Source: a virus
Direction: 5' to 3' (one strand)
IMG/VR virus record: IMGVR_UViG_3300020193_000005
Location: 32,001 to 96,000 of that record
DNA length: 64,000 bases
Shown in pieces: positions 57,264-64,000 of the stretch (positions within the stretch are counted from its first letter, which is position 1; every line of letters begins with the position of its first letter). Both the position numbers and the translations under genes were made by a program. A model generated the notes under the pieces. That model was not told the origin of the DNA. It did not search any database and saw nothing but the letters and a program-made list of their open reading frames with translations.

Positions 57264-58637
57264 ATGTCGGAAGACACGAGCAGACTCCGCGAGTTGCAGT
57301 CAGCGCTCCGCGAGAAGATGCAGCAAAACAAGGACATCGCGGATTCCTTCCGCGTTGACAACGGAGCGGTCGTCGTTACGACCGAGCAGAAGTCGGCGTT
57401 CGACAAGAACATGTCCGACATCCGCGAGATCAAGGGACTCATCGAGGGTCTCGAGTCGCTGAAGAACATTCAGGACTGGGGTTCGGCTCCGGTCGACGCT
57501 TCGGTCGCTGCTCAAGCAGCCGCCCATGCTCCTCAGCAGGCTCCCCGCCCGTCAAGCGTCGGACAAGCGTTCGTCGAATCGGTCGAGTTCAAGGCGCTCA
57601 ACAACGGACGCAACGGCGCGAACATGCCGTCGGCGTTCCAGTACCAGGGTGCCCTGACGGCCTACGGTCAGAAGGACATCTACACGGCGCTGCCGACGAC
57701 GGGTCTCGTGGCTCGCGCCGGCGGTCTTGATGACTTCGGCACGATCCAGCGCGATCCGATGGTCACCCCACCGCAGCGCACGAAGCGCGTCCGCGACCTT
57801 TTCCCGGTCCGTACGACTTCGGCCGCGGTGATCGAGTACTTCCAGCACATCGGCTTCACCACACCGGTGACCGGTGCCGTTGGCGCTGATCGCACTCGCG
57901 GAACCAACAACGCAGCCGCGGTCGCCGAGCGCACCAGCGGAGCGTTCACGTCCAAGCCGCAGTCGAGCTTCCAGTTCGTCGGTCAACAGGCTCCCGTTCG
58001 CACTCTCGCGCACTGGGAAGCCGCGCACCGCAACGTGCTGGCGGATGAACCGCAGCTTCGTTCGATCATCGACAACGAGCTCATGTACGGCTTGCGCCTT
58101 CAGGAGGACTCGCAGATTCTCAGCGGAGACGGCACCGGCGAGAACCTTCTCGGCGTGCTGAACACCCAGGGCGTTCAGGAATACTCCTGGTCGTCGGGTG
58201 CCAACGCTTCGGCGAACTCAAAGGCGGACACCAGGGCGGATGCGATTCGTCGCGCCGCTACCTTGGCGTTCCTCGCCTACTACGAACCAAGCGGCGTGAT
58301 TCTCCACCCCAGTGACTGGGAGAGAATCGAGCTGGCGAAGGACGGAAACGGTCAGTATCTCGTGGCGGTCTCCGTCGCGTTGGGCGGCGAGCCCCGCGTC
58401 TGGCGCATCCCAGTGGTCGAAACCCCGGCGATCCCGGTGGGTACGGCGCTGGTCGGTGCGTTCGGCACCGGAGCCCAGCTGTACGACCGCGAGCAGGCGA
58501 GCATCAGGGTCAGCGAGCAACACGCCGACTTCTTCGTCCGCAACGCAATCGTCATCCTGGCCGAGCAGCGCCTGGCGCTGGCGGTCAAGCGTCCGGAGTC
58601 GTTCGTCAAGGTCACGTTCGACAACGCGCCAGCCTGA
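57264..58637 (+). CDS. Major capsid protein, HK97 fold, with an N-terminal coiled-coil delta domain
   Basis: AGGAGG RBS at 57251-57256 supports the ATG at 57264. VRDLFPV, VRTLAHW, LADEPQLRSIIDNELMYGL..ED.QILSGDGTGENLLG, FVRNAIVILAEQRLALAVKRPESFVK. Confidence 0.96.
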   Translation: MSEDTSRLRELQSALREKMQQNKDIADSFRVDNGAVVVTTEQKSAFDKNMSDIREIKGLIEGLESLKNIQDWGSAPVDASVAAQAAAHAPQQAPRPSSVGQAFVESVEFKALNNGRNGANMPSAFQYQGALTAYGQKDIYTALPTTGLVARAGGLDDFGTIQRDPMVTPPQRTKRVRDLFPVRTTSAAVIEYFQHIGFTTPVTGAVGADRTRGTNNAAAVAERTSGAFTSKPQSSFQFVGQQAPVRTLAHWEAAHRNVLADEPQLRSIIDNELMYGLRLQEDSQILSGDGTGENLLGVLNTQGVQEYSWSSGANASANSKADTRADAIRRAATLAFLAYYEPSGVILHPSDWERIELAKDGNGQYLVAVSVALGGEPRVWRIPVVETPAIPVGTALVGAFGTGAQLYDREQASIRVSEQHADFFVRNAIVILAEQRLALAVKRPESFVKVTFDNAPA

Positions 58638-58655
58638 TCTGATCTGAGCTGACGC

Positions 58656-58730
58656 AAAAGCTTCGTCCCCGTCCTAGCCGAGGAACATTCGGTCGGGGCG
58701 GGGGTGTCGCTTTTAACGGCTTTATTTTTT
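58656..58730 (+). terminator. Probable intrinsic terminator after the capsid gene
   Basis: CCCCGTCCT..GCCGAG/TTCGGT..GGGGCGGGG stem flanked by AAAAGC/GCTTTT, followed by a T-rich tract. Confidence 0.65.
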
Positions 58731-58767
58731 CGTCGTTATTTTGAAGTTGTATAATTTGTATTGAGCC

Positions 58768-59166
58768 ATGAACAATCCTTTGGACATCCTTAATGGAATA
58801 ATGTCGGGGAAATTGAAGCTCGTCGTCGTGGACGCTCCGCCGGAAAAACCGAAGCTTTCTCCGGACGAACAGGCTCTCTCCGACGCTCTCGTGGCGATCG
58901 CCGACAGATACGGAAAATTCAACGAGGACGAAACCGGGATTTGGGCGGGCTACGACTCCCCGAAGGAGAATCTCGTCAAGGAAATAGGGGTCAAATGCGC
59001 TAATTGCGCGCTCTACCAAGGCAACGGAGTCTGCAGAATAATCGCGCAAAAGGTGGAAGATGAGGGTAAGTGCAGGTTCGCCGTAATACCGGACGGCGTG
59101 GTCAAAGGAATATACGATCCGAGTAAATCAGTTTTTTCTTCGCGTAAGAAGAGAAGAAAGAAATGA
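58768..59166 (+). CDS. Hypothetical protein with a HiPIP-like four-Cys motif
   Basis: KCANCALY....C.II...V...G.C.F; TATAAT at 58750-58755. Confidence 0.65.
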   Translation: MNNPLDILNGIMSGKLKLVVVDAPPEKPKLSPDEQALSDALVAIADRYGKFNEDETGIWAGYDSPKENLVKEIGVKCANCALYQGNGVCRIIAQKVEDEGKCRFAVIPDGVVKGIYDPSKSVFSSRKKRRKK

Positions 59167-59570
59167 GCAAGGAAAGATTCTGGTACGGAGCGAGAGTGCT
59201 GAACGTGGTTGACGGGGACACCGTGGACCTCATGATCGACCTCGGGTTCAACATTCACCACAAGATCAGGGTCCGCCTCTTCGGAGTGAACACCCCCGAG
59301 TCGAGGACCAAGGACGCGGCCGAGAAGGAGATGGGCCTGAAAGCCAAGTCGTTCACCAAGGACTGGCTGGACAGGCACCAGTGGGTTTTCGTCAACACCA
59401 TTCCGGACAAGAACGACAAGTACGGAAGGATCCTCGCAAAGGTCTACTCCTCGGACAAGGTGGACGACCCGACGACGGCGTGCCTCAACGTCGACATCGT
59501 GCAGGCGGGTTTCGCCAGGGAGTACTATGGCGTCGGCGACAAGACCTGGGCGGAGTACAAGACCAAGTGA
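59163..59570 (+). CDS. Thermonuclease (SNase-like)
   Basis: NVVDGDTVD, RVRLFGVNTPE, DKYGRILA. Confidence 0.93.
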   Translation: MSKERFWYGARVLNVVDGDTVDLMIDLGFNIHHKIRVRLFGVNTPESRTKDAAEKEMGLKAKSFTKDWLDRHQWVFVNTIPDKNDKYGRILAKVYSSDKVDDPTTACLNVDIVQAGFAREYYGVGDKTWAEYKTK

Positions 59571-59776
59571 AGAAAAACGAACAGTACGAGCTCGACGATC
59601 GTTTCTCCCTACTGGAGGAGAGAATAAGAAGACTCGAGTCGGTCATCGAGGCAATCGTCGAATCCAAGACGGAACCGGATCGAGGATTCGCGACGAAACC
59701 GGATATCGAGTCTTTCAACGCCCTGGGAATAGCTACGGTCGCCCAGATATACCTGGCGAAGAAAGCGAACCGGTAA
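59567..59776 (+). CDS. Small hypothetical protein (69 aa)
   Basis: GTGA overlap with the nuclease stop; GGAG upstream. It is the 3' part of track ORF 59381..59776. Confidence 0.6.
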   Translation: MKKNEQYELDDRFSLLEERIRRLESVIEAIVESKTEPDRGFATKPDIESFNALGIATVAQIYLAKKANR

Positions 59777-59790
59777 ACGGAGAGCGGAAA

Positions 59791-60702
59791 CTAACGCAGT
59801 TCCCTTAGAAGGCAAATTCCGACGACGCGGGCGAGCTCCACCGGAACCGCGTTCCCGATCATTTGTTCGATCTCCGATTTGTTTCCTACGAGCCGAAATG
59901 AGCGCGGAAAGGTTTGGATGCGAGCTCGCTCGGCCATCGTGAGCGGACGAAGGATCGGCGTCACTTCGCACGCGTCGTTTGGATGACCCGGGTAGCCAGG
60001 GGGAACCGGACGATTCACTCCGCGAATCGTTGCGCTGGGCTCGTCGATCGAATAAACCGCGCGCCTTGAATAATTTCGGGGGTGTCGGTAGTAGTACTCG
60101 ATACCGAACTCGTCGCCCAAGTACTCCCTGACGGTCATCGGTTGCGAACTGGCCATTGCCGCGACTTTCTTGGCGATACCGCCTTCATCCGCGCCGTTGA
60201 GAATACCTACGCAGAAAAGCCTTTTCCTTATCTGCGGAACACCGAAGAAGCTGGCGTCGAGAAGCAACTCCGTTATCCGATAACCCGATTTTGAAAGGAT
60301 TGATTTCGCCTTGGCATAGGCAACGCTCAGCCGCGCTCGTTCAACGTTCTCCATCACGAACGCCGCTGGTTTTATTGTCGCAACAATTTGAGCGAAAGAA
60401 TTGGTTAGATCGGCACGACCGGCTTCAATTCGTTTTCCGGCGCTCGAAAAGTCCTGACAGGGCGGACCGCCGATGATTACCTCCGGTCGCAGGATCTTCA
60501 GTTCGGGCACGACCGAGGTCACCCTGGAGAGGTCGGTCTTGAGAATCGGGTGATTGAAGTTGGTCGAGTAGCAGTTGACGGCAGGATCCCAGGAGTCGAA
60601 CGCGGCGACGACTTCAAACCCAGCTCTCTCAAAACCGAGACTCATGCCACCGCAACCGGAAAATAGGTCGACCACGCGTGGTTTGGCTCGTCGTCCCGTC
60701 AA
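59791..60702 (-). CDS. DNA (cytosine-5) methyltransferase
   Basis: Motif I DLFSGCGG, IV GGPPCQDFS, VI MENV, VIII PQIRKR, X IGNAVP. Confidence 0.96.
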   Translation of the reverse strand: MTGRRAKPRVVDLFSGCGGMSLGFERAGFEVVAAFDSWDPAVNCYSTNFNHPILKTDLSRVTSVVPELKILRPEVIIGGPPCQDFSSAGKRIEAGRADLTNSFAQIVATIKPAAFVMENVERARLSVAYAKAKSILSKSGYRITELLLDASFFGVPQIRKRLFCVGILNGADEGGIAKKVAAMASSQPMTVREYLGDEFGIEYYYRHPRNYSRRAVYSIDEPSATIRGVNRPVPPGYPGHPNDACEVTPILRPLTMAERARIQTFPRSFRLVGNKSEIEQMIGNAVPVELARVVGICLLRELR

Positions 60703-62645
60703 GACTCAAAGCCCCTGTCCAGGAACGACATGACGAGTCGCCTGACCGACTCGTCCTCTCCCTCCTCGTGGTTCCCGTCCACGGCCGCGTTGACGACCTC
60801 TCGCTTCGACTCGATCAATCCGTAGATACTTTCGTCCACGGTGCCGTCGGCGATGGAGTAGGTGACCATCACCGATCCCTTTTGTCCGATCCTGTGACAT
60901 CTCGAGTAAAGCTGATCCACGTCGGCGGGAGTCCACGGCAATTCCACGAAGAGAACTTTTTGCGCCGCCGTAAGCGTGTGACCGGTTTTCGCCGCCTGAA
61001 TGGACAAAACTATCACCGGCGCATCCTCCACGGATAGCGTCTGGAACTTCTTCTTCGCCTCTTCCACCTCCTCGACTTTCATACCGCCCTGAATCTTGAG
61101 ACCCCCGAACTCGGCGGCCAGCTCGTCGACGACGTCCCTGTGGTGGGCGGCGATGACGACCTTCTGGCCGGCCTCGATGTTCGCCTGCACCCACTCCTTG
61201 ATGGATTCCATCTTCGCCTTGGCGGCGAGTCTGCGCAAAACCGAGATCTTGACCAAATGTAGGTGCGACTCGGCTTTCATTTTCGCCATCACGGCGGCCG
61301 AACGCGGGGACTTACCGAGCTCCTTGGCTATCTCCTTGGCTCGTTCGACGAGATACTCGACGATATCGTCCTCGGCTTTGGCGTATTCTTTCGCTTGCTT
61401 CTCCGTCATGCCCACGTGATACATATCGTGTACGACGTCGGGTAGTTCGGTCAAGACCTGATCCTTGGTTCTTCTGATGTAGCAGGAGGAGCGGAGTTTG
61501 TCGTTCAACTCCTCGAGGTTGGAAGATCCGGTCAGAATCCAGTGACCGAACTTGTCCTTGAAGGCGGCGCAGTAACGGCGATAGAACCCCCACTCTCCCC
61601 CGAGTTCGTTGATTCTGCCGATGATGGACAGCTGGCTGGCGTACTCCATGGGCCTATTGGTGACCGGGGTGCCCGTGAGACACAGGATCAGACCGTCGTT
61701 TATCGACTTGGATATCTTTGTGGCGGCCCTCGTGCGCTGAGCTTCCTTGGTTTTTAGGTAGTGGGATTCGTCACAGACGAAACTTTCGTAGTTGCCACTT
61801 ATCAATTTGTGCCAGTGATGAATGTTGGAATATCCGATCACCAGTACGTCGTGTCGCTCGTCGACGGGGAAATTCTTTCTATCCGTGACGACGGATATCG
61901 TTCTGTGCGGAGCCCACCTAGAGAACTCGGCTTTCCAGTTCAGAACCAGGTTCGGGGGACAGGCGACCACGACAGGATAGGCGACCCCGCCGTTTTGTTC
62001 GTGGTACTCCAAGCTGGCTATCGCCTGCAAAGTCTTTCCGAGACCCATGTCGTCGGCGATGAAACACCTTCTGGCGTTTACCGCGTACGCCACGCCGGCT
62101 CGCTGGTACGGCATCAGATTCCCGACGATCTTTTCTATCTCTATGTCCGAGCTCTCGGCGCGCGAAGCCTCACGCATGGCTTTGCTCTTTTCGAACAACC
62201 TACCCACCTCGCTCCTGAGCGAGTCCGGAACGGAAATTTTGTGCGAGTCCGCCCAACCGACGACCTCGCGCACGGAACTTTTCGGGGCTCGCCAAGCCTT
62301 GGTCTGTTTGTCCCAGGTAACCCCGGGTATCTTCTTGATGTGGCGAACCTTCACCTCGTCGAAACCGACGTCAATATGTATCCACTCCTCGCCGAACGTT
62401 ATTCCGCTCGGATCGTGCAATTTTTTCGGAGCGTCGAATCTGGCCACGGCGGCGGTCATGCGAAAACCCCTCGCCATGGCGAATTCTCTGGCTTCGACTA
62501 TGGAAGTGACTGGAATTCTCCATATTTTGCCCAGCTTGTCCCATTTTGCGCCTTTGATTTTTTTGATCGCTTCAACGTCGTCCTTCTCGTACGGGAAAAC
62601 GAGAAATAGATGATCGTCGCCGAGATCTATGAGTTTCTGGTTCAC
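60699..62645 (-). CDS. SNF2-family (SMARCAL1/HARP-like) helicase
   Basis: ADDMGLGKT, DESH, LTGTP, Q..SRCHRIGQ, and two N-terminal IKKI.G..WD...K.WR.P repeats. The GTG at 62645 overlaps the WhiB stop (GTGA). Confidence 0.93.
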   Translation of the reverse strand: MNQKLIDLGDDHLFLVFPYEKDDVEAIKKIKGAKWDKLGKIWRIPVTSIVEAREFAMARGFRMTAAVARFDAPKKLHDPSGITFGEEWIHIDVGFDEVKVRHIKKIPGVTWDKQTKAWRAPKSSVREVVGWADSHKISVPDSLRSEVGRLFEKSKAMREASRAESSDIEIEKIVGNLMPYQRAGVAYAVNARRCFIADDMGLGKTLQAIASLEYHEQNGGVAYPVVVACPPNLVLNWKAEFSRWAPHRTISVVTDRKNFPVDERHDVLVIGYSNIHHWHKLISGNYESFVCDESHYLKTKEAQRTRAATKISKSINDGLILCLTGTPVTNRPMEYASQLSIIGRINELGGEWGFYRRYCAAFKDKFGHWILTGSSNLEELNDKLRSSCYIRRTKDQVLTELPDVVHDMYHVGMTEKQAKEYAKAEDDIVEYLVERAKEIAKELGKSPRSAAVMAKMKAESHLHLVKISVLRRLAAKAKMESIKEWVQANIEAGQKVVIAAHHRDVVDELAAEFGGLKIQGGMKVEEVEEAKKKFQTLSVEDAPVIVLSIQAAKTGHTLTAAQKVLFVELPWTPADVDQLYSRCHRIGQKGSVMVTYSIADGTVDESIYGLIESKREVVNAAVDGNHEEGEDESVRRLVMSFLDRGFES

Positions 62646-62884
62646 GCGACGACCTTGTTTTTGGATCTGATTTTGCGGCGCTGATTTTCCGTGGTTCCAC
62701 CCCAAATACCGTAGAGAATCTCGTTGTCCAACGCGTATTTCAAACACTCCTCCCTAACTACGCAAGCGCTACACAGGGCGAGGGCGCCTTTCACGGAATG
62801 CTTGTTGGCTGGGAAAAAGGACACTTTCGGGGTGTCGGCGCAATTGGCTTTCTTGCGCCACGATTGACCGGGTACGAAAAACAT
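62642..62884 (-). CDS. whiB: WhiB-family Fe-S transcription factor
   Basis: WRKKANC..FFP..ALCSACVVREECL.YAL....GIWGGTTE.QR. An AAGGAG RBS supports the ATG at 62884. Confidence 0.93.
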   Translation of the reverse strand: MFFVPGQSWRKKANCADTPKVSFFPANKHSVKGALALCSACVVREECLKYALDNEILYGIWGGTTENQRRKIRSKNKVVA

Positions 62885-62952
62885 GATAATTAGCTCCTTA
62901 TGAGTAGCAACAACACTACCCCTCCCGTACGCCGAAAACAACCCCAAAACAC

Positions 62953-62964
62953 TAGAATTTAGAC
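62953..62964 (+). promoter_or_regulatory. TAGAAT -10 element 6 nt before the ATG; probable leaderless promoter
   Basis: TAGAATTTAGAC-ATG, with no SD sequence. Confidence 0.5.
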
Positions 62965-63315
62965 ATGCGGATCGTACACGAAATTACAGATTCCGAGATG
63001 CTTGACGATGCCATAAACTCGGGTCTGAACGTCGTCGTGGACGTATGGGCGGAGTGGTGCGGTCCGTGCGCCGTCGTCGCACCGATGTTGCTGGAGTTGT
63101 CCGAGTGGAATCCGCATATCCTCTTTTACAAGCTGAACGTCGACGAACTTCCGGATTTGGCCAAAAGGTTCAACGTCATGAGCATTCCGACGCTTCTGTT
63201 CTTCAAGGAAAAGAAACTCGCCGATACGATCGTCGGGGCGACGAGTAGACAGGCGCTGGGAGAAAAAATCTACGGTGCGTACGGTCGCCCGCCGTATTGG
63301 ATGGTCGCGCCGTAG
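62965..63315 (+). CDS. trxA: Thioredoxin
   Basis: VDVWAEWCGPC, VMSIPTLLFFK. Confidence 0.93.
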   Translation: MRIVHEITDSEMLDDAINSGLNVVVDVWAEWCGPCAVVAPMLLELSEWNPHILFYKLNVDELPDLAKRFNVMSIPTLLFFKEKKLADTIVGATSRQALGEKIYGAYGRPPYWMVAP

Positions 63316-63320
63316 TCGGC

Positions 63321-63938
63321 TCACTGAGCCGACAGTTGTCTCAGGAACTCTCCGCGCTCCCACATGATCCCTAGCGCCGAGTAGCCCATGACGTCCACGA
63401 CGCTGTCGTAGATGGACTCGTTTTCGGCTTCTTCGTCGGCGACGCCCTTCGAAATGAGGTTTTCCAACCTTGCGACCTTGTCCTGCATCCTGATGATGAG
63501 ACCGATTCGTCCGAATCTGGATATGTTGCCGTGACCGTAATCCTTCTGTTTTTTGACGAGCACGTTGTGGATCTCGGAAAGGACTTTGTCGCTCTCCAAT
63601 CCGTTCCTGTAGCAAGCGATGAGACCGAATTCGTGTCCGAAAATCCCGACGCTTTGCCATAACTGAGAAATTTGTTCGGAATCGTTTTCGCGGCGTTCCA
63701 AACTTGAGCCGTCGTCGGAGAACTGCGTGGCGATCAGTTTGTCCACGGACTTCCTGAGTCTCCCGAGTCGCTCGGCGACGTCCTCTCCGGAGTACTCCAT
63801 CCTCGTCAACCAGTGCGACAACGACCACCCCTTACAGGAATACTGGGAGTTCGATTCGGGCAAAAACTCCGCGAGAGCCAGGTAGGCGGACTCCTGCCAC
63901 GAACCTCGGATTTGGTCAGTTGGAGAGTATCGCGGCAT
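63321..63938 (-). CDS. DUF1599/Nmad1 (nucleotide-modification-associated) domain protein
   Basis: LVKKQKDYG..NI..FG..G.IIRMQDKVARLENL..ESIYDS..D..GY. Confidence 0.8.
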   Translation of the reverse strand: MPRYSPTDQIRGSWQESAYLALAEFLPESNSQYSCKGWSLSHWLTRMEYSGEDVAERLGRLRKSVDKLIATQFSDDGSSLERRENDSEQISQLWQSVGIFGHEFGLIACYRNGLESDKVLSEIHNVLVKKQKDYGHGNISRFGRIGLIIRMQDKVARLENLISKGVADEEAENESIYDSVVDVMGYSALGIMWERGEFLRQLSAQ

Positions 63939-64000
63939 ATTGCTTCGCTATCCATTCCGCGACCGGGGAAGCGACCCCGTTGCCGCATTGCTTGTATCTA
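63916..64000 (-). CDS. 3' end of a second C5 DNA methyltransferase (partial)
   Basis: Manual translation of 63999->63916 gives RYKQCGNGVASPVAEWIAKQYAAILSN*, which is motif X. Not in the ORF track. Confidence 0.75.
   Translation of the reverse strand, partial: RYKQCGNGVASPVAEWIAKQYAAILSN

Noticed and set aside
96-58657. Numerous 60-310 aa antisense and off-frame ORFs in the track (e.g. 19188..20123, 28877..29785, 55081..55914)
   Set aside because: They overlap long coherent + strand genes, have no recognisable motifs, and are expected shadows of GC-rich coding DNA.
62959-63828. 289-aa minus-strand ORF
   Set aside because: It is an Arg-rich off-frame shadow overlapping the well-supported thioredoxin and DUF1599 genes.

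Overview
This 64-kb window is part of a large tailed-phage genome. The host is probably an actinobacterium, based on a WhiB gene, a ClpC-type N-domain and leaderless-type promoters. Bases 1-57 kb form a + strand block of very large genes (2341+, 2180, 2527, 956, 2040 and 6466 aa) plus smaller head-associated genes, ending at an HK97-fold major capsid gene (57264-58637). After that come a thermonuclease, C5 DNA methyltransferases, a SNF2/HARP helicase, WhiB, thioredoxin and a DUF1599/Nmad1 gene. The main observation is that the giant proteins look like polyproteins. A short motif, [D/E/N]-[S/T]-G-x-M (exactly DSGAM 18 times, about 32 copies with variants, counted by eye), recurs with variable synonymous codons and falls at the borders of recognisable unrelated domains: HTH arrays, WYL, DEDDh exonuclease, ART-like, SLOG-like, GNAT, HExxH peptidase, Clp-N, Nudix and zeta-like kinase. 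Four of these proteins also share a nearly identical 34-aa N-proximal peptide (P.TA.DAD.DRLVLEGI..VN.GRG.PDPTPFG). My inference is a system in which effector cargo is tagged for the capsid and cut into individual proteins by a site-specific protease. Domain calls come from motif recognition only; no database searches were run.
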